DNA from: Eledone cirrhosa
Lineage: Eukaryota
Direction: 5' to 3'
Assembly: GCA_964016885.1 (NCBI GenBank)
Contig: OZ024740.1
Location: 195,176,001-195,240,000, forward strand
DNA length: 64,000 nucleotides
Below, in pieces: positions 40,500 through 53,069 of this stretch. The notes under the pieces were generated by a model, which saw only the letters and a program-made list of their open reading frames with translations, was not told the origin of the DNA and did not search any database. The translations under genes and the position numbers were made by a program. The first letter of the stretch is position 1; every line of letters begins with the position of its first letter.

Positions 40500-40555
40500 C
40501 GGTTTCAACACACGATTTCAGATAAAGAATCTTGCTAAACAAATTCAGAAACGAA

Positions 40556-40664
<109 letters not shown>

Positions 40665-40909
40665 GATATATGTATTTGTGTGTGTGTGTGTATATATATA
40701 TACACCTATATGTAGTTCTATACACCTATGTACTTATACATATAGATGTTTCTGTGTGTACAAATGTGACATTTACCTGGTAGACAAATGGTTTACAACA
40801 GCAGTGCTTAATCACATGCCAAAATCTGTGTACATATGTATGCGTGTATGTATATGTGGCGCATGCAACAAAGAAGCCTCTACATGGTCATTTCCCCTGG
40901 CTTAAAATA

Positions 40910-40965
<56 letters not shown>

Positions 40966-41344
40966 AATCACCAATATCTTGAAACAACCAATGATTGGAT
41001 AATACAGGCAGTAAAACGACATGAAGCCAACAAAAAACTTTACTCTGTGATAAAAGAAGGTGTCTTATATAAACATGAAATAAATCTGAACACAGTTGAG
41101 AAACACGAAACTTTTCCACTGCCAACATGGCAGCAAAGGCCACAAAAATAAAAGCAAAGGAAGCAACCCTTGAGCAGATGAAAACAATATGGCCAGTTCT
41201 TGACTCAAATCATGCAAGCTGAGATACATAAAACCCAGTGCAAAAGGTTGGAACAGTTTTCATAATGGCTGACAAGACCAATGTCTAACCACAAGATAAT
41301 ATCAGGCAAATGTACTGGGAAAAAATAACAATGGATCACTGGTA

Positions 41345-41545
41345 AGATACTCAGGGGTAGACGCTGAGCAAGATGGCTGAATAACATCCATGAGCTTGGC
41401 TGGTCTCCCTTAGGGATACAGCCAGATCAGTTGGAGATGGTTGCTTCAGACAGGACCCACTGGAAGAAGAGATTGAGGACACTGCCCCCACGTCCCACTC
41501 AGAAAGAAGAAGAAGAAGAAAAAGAAAAAGAAAAAGAAGAAGAAG
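41345..41545 (+). mobile_element. RTE (Expander-like) 3' fragment with (GAA)n tail
   Basis: RWLNNIHELGWSPLGIQPDQLEMVASDRTHWKKRLRTLPPRP. Confidence 0.65.
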
Positions 41546-41623
41546 ATGGTGGTGGTGGTGGTGGTGGTGGTGGTGATGATGATGATGATGATGTCGTCGT
41601 CTGCCTGCACCACTTAGCACTGC

Positions 41624-41966
41624 CATCATCATCGTCATTTCATTTTACGTCCGCTTTTCCCTGCTTGCAAGGGTGGGACGGGAACTGATTCTGGCTTGAT
41701 TTCTACAGCTGGATGCCCTTCCTAACACCAACCTCATTTATAGTGAGTGCTGGGTGCTTTTTTGCCGTGGCACCTACACGACCACTTTGCAGTGGAATGA
41801 TATGGACCCCAGTCCCTATCATCTCATTTCTACAGCTGAATAAACTGGAGCAATGTGAAATAAAGTGTCTTGCTCAAGGAAACAACACATCACCCAGTCT
41901 GAGAATTGAACTCACAACCTTTCGATTGCAAGGCCAATGCTCTAACCACTAAGCCATGTGCCTCCA
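41624..41966 (-). mobile_element. SINE S1
   Basis: Full-length copy. Confidence 0.92.
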
Positions 41967-42166
41967 CTGTGTGAATACAAAAACAAACATGACAGGGTAA
42001 GACAGTACATCCACTAGAAAATATGAACATTTTATGGAAATGAAACAACAAAAAAACTGGTATCAACACCATCCCGATCTAGTAACGGATTAGATAATCC
42101 TCTAATATTGTGGGATTTCACAATATTCACTGACAGGACAATCAAAGCCAACAGGCCAGATATCAT

Positions 42167-42333
42167 AATTGTTTCTACTTTAGGCACAAGGTCACAATTT
42201 TACTAGTGCTTTATTTTAACAACCCCGTAAGGATAAAAGACAAAGCTAACCTCAGCGGGATTTGAATTCAGAATGTAAATATTGCAAAGCATTTGGTCCG
42301 ACACTGTACCAATTCTGCCAATCCACTTCCCTT
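42167..42333 (-). mobile_element. SINE S2 inserted in the Dong fragment
   Basis: S2 domain; splits the PDIII codons at ATAAT. Confidence 0.8.
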
Positions 42334-44102
42334 CTATAATAAAATATAAAGCAATCAAATATGCTTCATATTAGACATGACAGTACCTGCTGATTGTAAT
42401 GTGCTTTATATAATATTTGAAAAGAATTCAAAGTACAAGAATCTTGAAAGAGGGATTCAAAAACTGTAGAGTATGAAAGCCATCCAATTACAGTTGGAGC
42501 ACTGGCTCTAATAAACAAGGGAACTGAAAAATTTGGGGACCATATACCAGGTAAACTTTATATAAAAGAAATTCAGAAAATTGTACTCACTAGTATTGTC
42601 CACATTTGCAAAGAGCATTGTCAATGTTATTTGGGGAAAGCAAACCATATTGTATCTTGTAAGCGGCATATCCATGGACCAAAGGTTGCATTCATCAATT
42701 ATATTTTGTATTCAATTTTGTCTTTAAATGTGCATATATTTGTAAAAGAAATGTAAACCTTTAAATACTCTAATTGGTTTCATTGACTCAATGTATCTGT
42801 AAATATTGTAAATAAATGTATTCTTTTGCATAAAGTGCAATGCATGCACGCATCTCTGATTTCAAACAATTTTAATACTTTTTTTGTCATTTAATAAAAC
42901 TTTTAAACAGTTTATGGTCTGCTGTATAACTTTATTCAGTTTGTCTTGTTTTATGCAGCTTAGTTAGTGCCCATGACCCTTTTGAAAGCCCCCAAGACTA
43001 GTGAGAAGAGATGTAGGAAGTCATTCTTAAACTGGAAACTTGGTCTGAATGCTTGGAACAGAGCTGACTCTACTAAAGGTACCTAAAGGATGGGTGGGCG
43101 TGATAAAGAAGGCATCAGATTGAGTCTACCATAGAGGGATTTGAATTCAGAGCGTAAAGAACTTGAACAAATACCACAAGAGATTCCATTGAATGCTTTA
43201 CCAATTCTGACAGTCTACTGTCTTAGTCTGGTACTTTATCAACACCCAGAAAGATGGATCAAAATGAAAGTCAACATTGGGTTTTGAACACAGAACTGAA
43301 GAGGCAGGATTAAATACCACTGGATATTTTGATTTGTGCTATAATGTTTCTGCCATTATGCCAACCTGCGATGTATCTTTAAAAAGGCTGAAAATCACTA
43401 GAATATATAAAAACTGATTAGATAAAAAGGACACGGCTAAAAAATGGAAAAACTCAAGCAAACAGCACAATAGAATTAAGGAAATAAAGTAATACCTTTG
43501 TTCTGACATCAAGAGTTGTTTTGTACTTTAATTATTTAATGTTACTGAGTAAAGAAACACCAATTACTTAAGCCTAATTGCTTATCTCGATGTGCTTTAC
43601 CAATATCAATAAGCATATTATATCTGTAAATGCACTGAAAGAACCATTCCAGGCTACTATTTACAGTCTGTTCTTTGCTCATTGATTAGCTGGCTTTCAG
43701 TCGATGAAAGAGAGGCAGGAGTGTGGTCACTTATATGGGACATGGAATTAGAGTCAATGATGTCTACTGGCTTGATTAGTTTTCACTTATCTCTGTCATC
43801 TTGTCATGACAATGGTAACAGAAGCAATAGAAATTCAAATAATAATAGCAACAATAGTAGCGATGATGATGTCTGACAAATACTGCTGTGAATAATAGCA
43901 AAACAACAACTACCACAAACAAATATAACCACAACTTCTATATCTACTAATGCCATTTCCACATTGTCAAAGATGTTTCCAAGATTTCTGAAACTCATGA
44001 GCCAATTCACTAATGTGTTTTTTGTTGGTGAGTTAGTGATGAGACAGAATTGTGAGTTCAATCCCAAAAGTATTTGGTTTTCAAAGCCCCTGTATCCATT
44101 GT

Positions 44103-44350
44103 GAAGGCACGTGGCGTAGTGATTAGAGAATTGGATTCGCAATCATGAGTCTGTGAGTTCAATTCCTGGACTGGCCGATATGTTATGACCTTGAGCAAGA
44201 CACTTTATTTCATGTTGTTCTTTCTGCCAGTACATTGTACCAGCAATGGAAATATCAATCGAAACTGTTTCCTCGGTTCAATTTGATTACCTTCACCCCA
44301 CTCGTTAAACAAATGAGGTCTGGGATCTTGTCGATTGACTGTCGATATAT
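44103..44350 (+). mobile_element. CORE-type SINE (subfamily of 7005)
   Basis: GAAGGCACGTGGCGTAGTG head, GAGTTCAATTCC B box, CORE. Confidence 0.75.
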
Positions 44351-44520
44351 AAATATATACACACACATACTCACACACACATATATACATTTCCTTGATC
44401 CAGTTCTACTCCACTCAGTAAATGAGTGAGGTCTGGGATATTGTTGATCATTAAAAGTAACCATAGAACAACTGTGTTGAAATGATAGAAAGCTTGTCTA
44501 AAGATGTCAATGCTGTAGTA

Positions 44521-44709
44521 CATAGGTTCTCAAATTTTGGGGGCCCTTCACGGCCATGTAATACCCTCAGTACCCAAAACCCTATTTCCAGAGAGAGAGA
44601 CCTGCCTACACACACATTGTAAATAATATATAATAAATAAAATCGTTAATTTATATATAATATATAACATAATATATACTATGTATAGATAAATATATAT
44701 TTCTTATTT

Positions 44710-44757
<48 letters not shown>

Positions 44758-45201
44758 TTCATCATCATCATTTCATTTTACGTCCGCTTTTCCCTGCTTG
44801 CAAGGGTGGGACGGGAACTGATTCTGGCTTGATTTCTACAGCTGGATGCCCTTCCTAACACCAACCTCATTTACAGTGAGTGCTGGGTGCTTTTTTTCCG
44901 TGGCGCCTACACGTCCACTTTACAGTGTGGGCTGGGTGCTTTTTTGCCGTGGCACCTCCACAGCCACTCTACAATGAAATGATATAGCCCCAGTCCCTAT
45001 CATCTCATTTCTACAGCTGAGTAAACTGGAGCAATGTGAAATAAAGTGTCTTGCTCAAGGAAACAACACATCACCCGGTCTGAGAATTGAACTCACAACC
45101 TTTTGATTACAAGGCCAATGCTTTAACCACTAAGCCATATATATATATTTAATATACTATTACATAATCTCTACCACCTGCCCCCACTTTGAGAACCTCT
45201 G
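44521..45201. mobile_element. hAT (Charlie-like) MITE with nested (TA)n and SINE S1
   Basis: TIRs CATAGGTTCTCAAA / TTTGAGAACCTCTG; 8-bp TSD CTGTAGTA / CTGTAGTC. Confidence 0.8.
44754..45138 (-). mobile_element. SINE S1 variant with an extra stem-loop unit
   Basis: Two GCTGGGTGCTTTTTT.CCGTGG units instead of one. Confidence 0.9.
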
Positions 45202-45681
45202 CTGTAGTCAGTCATGGTCTGCCTTCATATCTTCTTTCAATGCAGGAAGGCTGATGATATTGCACTTGATATATGAATTCCAAGGTGGAATCTAAACTGA
45301 GAAAGAACAGACATTGTTCCATAGAAATTCCAGTAATCCACCACACTCTACTGATACTCAATCCCAAGAGGATGAAAGGTAATGTTGATGCTGGATGTTA
45401 TATTGCAATGACCAATTACAGGAACGTATGTAAGTGAGATGTGACTGCCAGTACTGCAAGAACTGATTTGGCCTGTGATAAATTGGTTGATTCTTGATAG
45501 TAGGGAAAACATGTTCATAATGAAGATATAGAGCTCTGTATTCTAATACATGGAGTACTCTAGTAATTCAAACATCAATTGAAAAGCATATGATACAAGT
45601 GCATTTTGTCATTATCTAAACACATTCATTAACATATTTAAAGATAACATTTTACTGCTGGTACTTACATATACATAGATG

Positions 45682-45738
<57 letters not shown>

Positions 45739-45839
45739 CATATAGATGCATACATACATACAGACATTAATATTCCATTAGCTAGTGTCTGAGTGAGCAT
45801 AGTTATAGATACATACACATACATGCAAATATACCTACC

Positions 45840-45873
<34 letters not shown>

Positions 45874-46088
45874 AGCACACAACTCACATAGAAACAACAA
45901 ACACATAACTATGAGAATACACATTTTTTTTTTAAACAAAATTTAATATCTTCCCTGCAATTCCATTTGAAATAATTCCATAAAAGATGTATTTAAATGT
46001 GAAGGAAAAAGATATATGATATGTTAGAAAATGTGAGAGAGTGAAATACTTTTTTTATTTTTATATATATATAAACTACACACACATA

Positions 46089-46132
<44 letters not shown>

Positions 46133-47569
46133 TGCACAACATATATATATACACACATACACAACATATAGACACACACATATATATATAATATACACAC
46201 ATGCACATACACTAAATACATATATATATACATACACATGCACACACATACACAACATATATATATATATGTGTATATATACATACATATACTGTGTGTG
46301 TGTATATTGGTTTTTGACTTTTTACAGATTTAAACCAAATTTAATTAATAGATTATGTTCTCATCACCTTTTTTAATTCTTTAATTTTTTTTGTACTTTT
46401 TATTGACCTTTGATGTCTCCTCCTCCATCTCTCTTTATTTTTCTCTATTCTCTATCACCCTTGCACTTTCCTCAAGTACACTGTTATCACTCCACACTTC
46501 CATCCCTAAATAGGAAACTAAATACAAATTATAGCTGAGCGTGAAGTGGTGTTTATCAGAAAATGATTTTCCCACCTCATCAATACCCATCTACACCCCT
46601 TAAAGATTCATACACCTGCCCACCCACACACACACTCTCTCTCTCACTCTCTCTCTCTCTCACTCTCTCTCTCTCTCTCTCTGTTGCTTCCATCTTTTGA
46701 CAGCTCATCTAAAATACTTCACAAGACACATGGATATTGATGATTGTCAGAAAACCTATATGACCTACACATGGTCTATCTCTTCAACATAGCACCACCA
46801 CCACCACCACCACCTACACTACCATCACCTTCAGTACCAACATTATCCTTACTACTACTACCATCATCATAATCATCATCATCACTGCTATTAACATTCC
46901 CACTAACATCACTAGTGCTACCACCACCGTCATCTCCACTACCATCATAACCATCACCATCATGACATCACCATCACCAATACCACCATCATTACCATGA
47001 TCACCATTATCAAAATGACTTTCAACACCTTTATCGCTGCCCCCATGGATATCTACACAACCACCATCACCACCACCAATGACTGCAACATAACCACTAT
47101 CATTCCCCTCGCCAATATCATCAACATCATCACTATTATCACCAACAACATAACCACTATCATAACTCTCACTACCACAAGAACCAGTAGAGAGTGGGGA
47201 TAAAGGGAGACAATTTATGACAGGAGTAGGGTGATTATTTATTTTGACTCCTGCTTTGTTGTTTTTATTTAATTTTCCTTTTTGTGCTTTTTTTTGTTTT
47301 TTGAATATCTGTAGCTATTCAATGTTTAATGTCCATCTTCCACGCTAGCATGGAATATATCTATTTACTGAGTAAGTATATATATATATCTATTTACTGA
47401 GTAATATATACTGAGTATATACTGAGTATATATATGACACAATGTTTATATATACACACATATTTACATATATATACTGAAGTAGGTCTTTAAAGCACCA
47501 GTGTATTTAAAACATTAAACATTAACTGAATGAGCACTGTGTAAAATTTATTTTCTGAATTGATAAGTA

Positions 47570-47604
47570 GCTGTGATATCAAAATTTCAGCTGTCGCTTC
47601 ATCA
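47570..47604 (-). ncRNA. 5'-truncated hammerhead remnant
   Basis: TGATGA-AGC gaca GCT-GAAA-TTTTGATA-T-C-ACAGC, AATAAA downstream; 5' strand of stem I replaced by (TA)n. Confidence 0.5.
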
Positions 47605-47614
47605 TATATATATA

Positions 47615-48203
47615 TCATCATCATCATCATCATCACCGTTTTACGTCCGTTCTTCCACTCTAGCATGGGTTAGACGGGTTGTCCTGTTGTGGGCAGTGTC
47701 CAGTTGGCTGACCTTGTCTTGCTCATACGGGAACTGATTCTGGCTTGATTTCTACAGCTGGATGCCCTTCCTAACACCAACCTTATTTACAGTGAGTGCT
47801 GGGTGCTTTTTTCCATGGCGCCTACACGTCCACTTTACAGTGTGGGCTGGGTGCTGTTTTGCCATGGCTCCTCCACGACCACTTTGCAGTGGGAGGGTGT
47901 GGGGGCATATTGTCTATATGCTTCAGCTTCGGCTTGTACCCGTGGGGGGGTCGGGTATTCTGTATTACTGCGTGACGCCAGAGGTCACGGTTGTGTGTCA
48001 TCGTCTTTGAGAGGTGTAATTGGGTAAGGTCGGCTTTTATTACCTTATCCCATCTTCTTGGGTCTCCCCACTCCACGGTTTCCATCGACTTCTAGTGCTC
48101 TGCACCTTTTTATGCAGCTATCATCCTTCATACGCATCACATGTCCATACCAATGCAGCCGCCTCTCCTGCACACATCATTTGATTCCTCTTATGCTCAG
48201 TCT
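47615..48203 (-). mobile_element. RTE-C LINE 3' fragment with full 3' UTR
   Basis: RRLHWYGHVMRMKDD..GRPKK; tail AGAACGGACGTAAAACGGTGATGATG. Confidence 0.9.
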
Positions 48204-48247
48204 TATATATATATATATCATCATCATCATCATAAGTACAGATTAAT

Positions 48248-48297
48248 GTTTAAGCAAAGAAATGCTGTTTTCACCCTTTACAGGCTCTTCTGAAACT
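48248..48297 (-). ncRNA. Third copy of the CAGAAGA variant hammerhead-like motif
   Basis: GTTT-CAGAAGA-GCCT gtaaa GGGT-GAAA-ACA..TGC-T-T-AAAC. Confidence 0.55.
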
Positions 48298-48606
48298 CTT
48301 TTATATATATATAATCCTTATCGATCCCTCTTCGAATTTTAGTCTTCACATTTATTATTACTATATATATATATAAAATGAGATAAATATTCCAACAGGT
48401 ACTAAGTACCTACGGAAATATATATGGTGTCTATAATAATTGTTGTTCAATGGTACTAATTTGAGATACCAGAACTATAAAAATGAGCGGAACAAGCAAA
48501 CATTAAACAATCTTTTAAATAAATTAAAATACGATTTAAACATACATCAGGCAGGAAGCGATATATTTACAAACTGTGAGGCTTTATGCCCTATAGAATG
48601 GAAATA

Positions 48607-48660
48607 GCTGTCTGAAGAGCTGATCTAAAAGAGCTGATAAGCAAAACCGTCGGTAACAGC
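48607..48660 (+). ncRNA. Minimal type I hammerhead with G12A substitution, inside a 60-bp inverted repeat (48481-48540 / 48678-48737)
   Basis: GCTGT-CTGAAGA-GCTGATC...GATAAGC-AAAA-CCG t CGG-T-A-ACAGC. Confidence 0.7.
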
Positions 48661-48858
48661 ATTAGAACAGGTGAATATTTAAATCGTATTTTAATTTATT
48701 TAAAAGATTGTTTAATGTTTCCTTGTTCTGCTCATTTGTATATATATATATATATATATATAGAAGTGGTTACACAACAGTTAGTTCATCATACTGAGAA
48801 CAATTGTCCCATGGACTGAGTGCTCTACCACTACTGATATTACCTTCCAGTGTTCCAC

Positions 48859-48896
<38 letters not shown>

Positions 48897-48907
48897 CTAT
48901 ATATTTC

Positions 48908-48967
<60 letters not shown>

Positions 48968-49773
48968 GAGAGAGAGATATATAGATAGATATAGATATAT
49001 AAGATATATATGTGTGTAATGGTGTTAGTATTAGTGACACAATAAAAAGCACCTAGACCCAGCAGTCAGTTGGATGTTTTGGTGCTATGATAAAATTCCC
49101 CCAGTCCAGGTGATAAATGTTGTTGGTGTTAGAAAGGGCATCCAGCCATAGAAACTAAGCCAGAAACAGTTCTGTATGAGCAAGATATGGTTATATAATC
49201 TGACTTGTCTCACAACAATAGGACAACTCGACTACCCCATACTAGTATAAAAAATGGACGTTAAATGGTGATGATAATGACGCTACGATATCACCATCAT
49301 CATTGCTATTGTTTTTTATATCTGTTTTATATACTGGCATGAGTTGAACAAGACCAGATGAGCCAGAGCAATCTCATCTTTTTAATTGTTTTTGTATTTA
49401 GCATGGTTTCTACAGTTCAATGCCGTTCCTAACACTAACCACCTTACAAAGTAAACTGGGTGCATTTTTTCATGGCACCAACCAAGATAAGTCTTGTCTA
49501 ATGACATTGTGAACACATAGGTGAAACTTTAGAGTAATAGGATTCTAACTTGATCTTGGTAAGTCTCACACACACACACTTACACACACTCACATATATA
49601 TATATAGAGAGAGGGATAAAGATGAAAATGAACAAAAACAGTATATCTAATACTATACACTTTATAATAATATTAAACAACAAATATACTCTAAGTTTCA
49701 CAGATTATAACAATATTAAATGTTAAAACATATAAACAGTTTATAATAATGTTATACTAATATTAAATATAAT

Positions 49774-49962
49774 TGTTTCTACTTTTGGCACAAGGCCAGC
49801 AATAATCCTAGTGTATTACTGGTACTTTATTTTATCGACCCCCGTAAGGATGAAAAGCAAAGTTAACCTTGGCGGGATTTGAACTCAGACCATAAAGGGC
49901 CATAACTCTTTGCTACAAAACATGGCATCTGACCCTCTACCAATACTGCCAATCCACTGCCC
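49774..49962 (-). mobile_element. SINE S2, full length, 3' half of the U6-SINE chimera
   Basis: A-box TGGCAGTATTGG, B-box GAGTTCAAATC, S2 central domain. Confidence 0.9.
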
Positions 49963-49965
49963 TAT

Positions 49966-50065
49966 AAGAAATATGGAACGCTTCATGAATTTGCATGTCA
50001 TCCTTGTGCATTGGCAATGCTAATCTTCTCTGTATCGTTAATTTTAGTACATGTACTGCCGAAGC
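49966..50065 (-). pseudogene. U6: U6 snRNA retropseudogene (lacks the first ~6 nt)
   Basis: Minus strand GCTTCGGCAGTACATGTACTAAAATTAACGATACAGAGAAGATTAGCATTGCCAATGCACAAGGATGACATGCAAATTCATGAAGCGTTCCATATTT; ACAGAGA box intact, several CpG-type decays. Confidence 0.95.
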
Positions 50066-50414
50066 AATATTAAATATAATAATTACCATTTATCATCAAA
50101 TTTAAACTAGTTTTCTGCAATTAAGCTAATCATAACATTTTACTTTATATAAATGTCATCCAATTTTTGATGCTAGTGTTTTGGTATTAAATTTTAAAAT
50201 GTCTCTTGACTTGGTACATGAGGCTTTTGCAAAATATTATTAAACATTTAAGCATAGTTTATGTTTGTTAATTAGTAATTTCTTCTTCATTCTCTCTTGT
50301 TAGATACTGTCATCTGCAACTTGATAAATTGGGAAAATTTCTCCCAGTGCATTTTTCTATGTCACAGAGTGCAATCTTGTATTTACCTTATATACTCAAA
50401 TATAAGCCGACACA

Positions 50415-50752
50415 TGAAGGTGCATGACTTAGTGGTTAGAGCATTGGGCTTGCAATCGAAAGGTTGTGAGTTCAATTCTCAGACCAAGTGATGTGTTGTT
50501 TCCTTGAGCAAGACATTTTATTTCACATTGCTCCAGTTTACTCAGCTGTAGAAATGAGATGATTGGACTGGGGTCCATATCATTCCACTGCAAAGTGGTC
50601 GTGTAGGCGCCACGGAAAAAAACCACCCATCACTCACTGTAAATGAGGTTGGTGTTAGGAAGGGCATCCAGCTGTAGAAATCAAGCCAGAATCAGTTCCC
50701 GTCCCACCCTTGCAAGCAGGGAAAAGCGGCGTAAAATGATGATGACGATGAT
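50415..50752 (+). mobile_element. SINE S1
   Basis: Full-length plus-strand copy. Confidence 0.92.
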
Positions 50753-52072
50753 ACTGCTATTTTATGTCTGAGAAATGGGCAAAAATCGAAGCCCTGTTTA
50801 TAAACCAAAGCAGCTAATTAAACAAATTATATTTAGATGATGTGGTTTTGAAATTTTCATGAGTATAAAATATATTTTTTTGGCAGAGCTGTTCTGCTAG
50901 AGAACATGTCACAGGTGGCAGATAGCAATATAGCCAACAGATATGATGGTTAGATGCGATATAAGTGAACACCTGTCAGAGGAACACATGTTTAGCTCCC
51001 AAGAAAACTCTCACAACCCAGTGATGTAGCTATGACAAGGTGAGTAAAGGCTGCCTCTAAAAAAGCTTAGCCTTCACAGGTTTGAGAAAGTATCAGATTG
51101 GTGACTGGTGCAAATAAGAGTACCCAAACTGCAATATGGTGGAAAGTAAGAAAAAGATAAAATATATTTATAAAATTTTAATATTTTGATATTTAAAATG
51201 TTTTAAGTATCATTTAGAATATAGTTCCTGTTTTACAACTTCTTTACATAATGTGTTTCCATGGCATTAAGTTTCAACAAGTTTCTCAAATTTTGTTTAC
51301 TTCTGGCTACCACATGCTAGAAGTACTTTGAAATCAACAAGTGAACTTTGTATAGGGATTCATAGAGTAGAAGAGGAAAATAAGATAGTGAGAAGCAATC
51401 AAATGAATCAGAAGATTTCAATTTTACATACGATTAAAAGAAAAAGTATTAAGTCAAAGAAAAACATGTGTGTGTGCACATGTGCATGCAATGTGTGTGT
51501 GTGTGTGCTTGTACATGTATGTATATGGGCTATTTATGCATTAAAAAGTTCCAATTATAAAAATTTGCTGGAAATATTTTCAAGGGAATGCATAAACACC
51601 ACCAATGACAATATAAATGTAGATAAACAGAGTTTCATTGTAAAATAGTCACTCCAGATATTTTAGCACCTTATTTACAAAGAATTTGAAGTTGGTGAAA
51701 ATCAGCAAAATATTGACCTCAAATATATGTTGACCCCCCCTCCCCCCATTTTACCATTGGCTTGTATTTGAGTGTATATGGCATATCTCTGATATCTTGC
51801 CGGTAGACTGTCATCCATTTTTGTAAACTGCTGCCAGTTATTCTGATGTAATTTGCTCCACATCTGCAGCATGCTAAAATCTGTGGATTATATCATTATA
51901 TAAGTGAATGTGTGAAGATGAAAGCTAGATAAGTTGAGAGGGGATGAATAGAGGCAATTAAAAGTAAGAAGTGTGACTGAATTGGTTACAGTTTTTATTT
52001 TAATGATGATGATTCTATATTTTCCATACCATTTGTCTGTCAATACACTTTTGCTACTCAAAACACCATTAA

Positions 52073-52280
52073 CCCTGTAGCATTTCAACCAGCCATATCC
52101 AGCCAAAATTATTTCACCTCTTTCTGTTCAAATGGGCTGTAACTGACCACTCATACTGATGTCAAGGTATTGTTCTCAAACTAAATAATATCAAAATCTC
52201 ATAGATTCAATATTATGTAAGATAAAGTCATTACCATGAAAATACAATAGTATATATAGAGTAATGTGAGTGATAAAGGG
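52073..52280. mobile_element. piggyBac-like MITE
   Basis: TTAA|CCCTGTAGCATTT...GTGATAAAGGG|TTAA. Confidence 0.8.
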
Positions 52281-52370
52281 TTAAAGTAGAGAGAGATTCT
52301 AAGAGAAATTCTCTTATTATGGAGCAGATTATGCAATGCAATAACTGTCTTGGTACAGAAGTAGAAATAC

Positions 52371-52590
52371 ATTGGCAGTATCGGTGGAGTACCAGACACC
52401 ATGCTTCGCCACATAGTTATGGCTCTTTACGTTCTGAGTTCAAATCCCGCCGAAGTTAGCTGTGCCTTTCAACCTTACGGGGTTGATAAAATAAAGCACC
52501 AGTAATGCACTGGGGTCAATTTAATCGACTTTCCCCTCCCCAAAAAATTGCTGGCCTTGTGCCTATAGTAGAAATCATTATTATTACTAT
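52371..52590 (+). mobile_element. SINE S2
   Basis: TTGGCAGTATCGG A-box, GAGTTCAAATCC B-box, (ATT)n tail. Confidence 0.85.
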
Positions 52591-52867
52591 TATTTTTATT
52601 TTTTGCTGCAAGATTGGAGGGGGAATATCATTCTATTTGGAGAGGTCAGAGATATTTCTTCCCTATTCTACTCTTTTTAGTGATCTGACTGCCTCCAAGC
52701 TGGGGCACCATCTTGGAAGGATTTAATCAATCATATTGACTGCAGTAGTTATTTTCTTCAAGTCTGGTATTTATTTTATTGGTTCTTCCTATGTTGAACT
52801 GCTACAGAACATAAACAAGTAGTAAATTTAAACACAAACACACACGCACATATATTTCTGATGTAAA

Positions 52868-52945
52868 TCTCTGACCTGTGGTTTCAGCTTGTTGCCTCAC
52901 AAGTTTCTTCAAAGGAATTCTGAAGAAGCTTGCTGAAACTGCAGA
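52868..52945. ncRNA. Head-to-head pair of degenerate hammerhead motifs
   Basis: Minus: TTGAAGA-AACTTGT..ACAAGCT-GAAA-CC aca GG-T-C; plus: CTGAAGA-AGCTTGCT-GAAA-CTGCAG; joined at GAATTC. Confidence 0.5.
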
Positions 52946-53069
52946 GCTCATGGTCAGGCCCACATCAATATACCCACTCTGTATCTCATGTATTGAGTAC
53001 TACACTGCTGGCTTGTGGTTTCCAGTCTTTGCAACACAGACACTTCATATATAAAAAAAAAAAGGGTAA

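Larger units (their letters stand above)
40965..42630 (+). mobile_element. Second R4/Dong-type fragment, interrupted by RTE tail and SINE insertions
   Basis: YLETTNDWIIQAVKRHEANKKLYSVIKE and KHDRVRQYIH..WDFTIFTDRTIKANRPDII..LDMTVP..IQKIVL align with the 28270-29200 translation. Confidence 0.75.

Noticed and set aside
49966-50065. Functional U6 gene
   Set aside because: 5'-truncated, substitutions in the internal stem-loop, TSD-flanked and fused to a SINE
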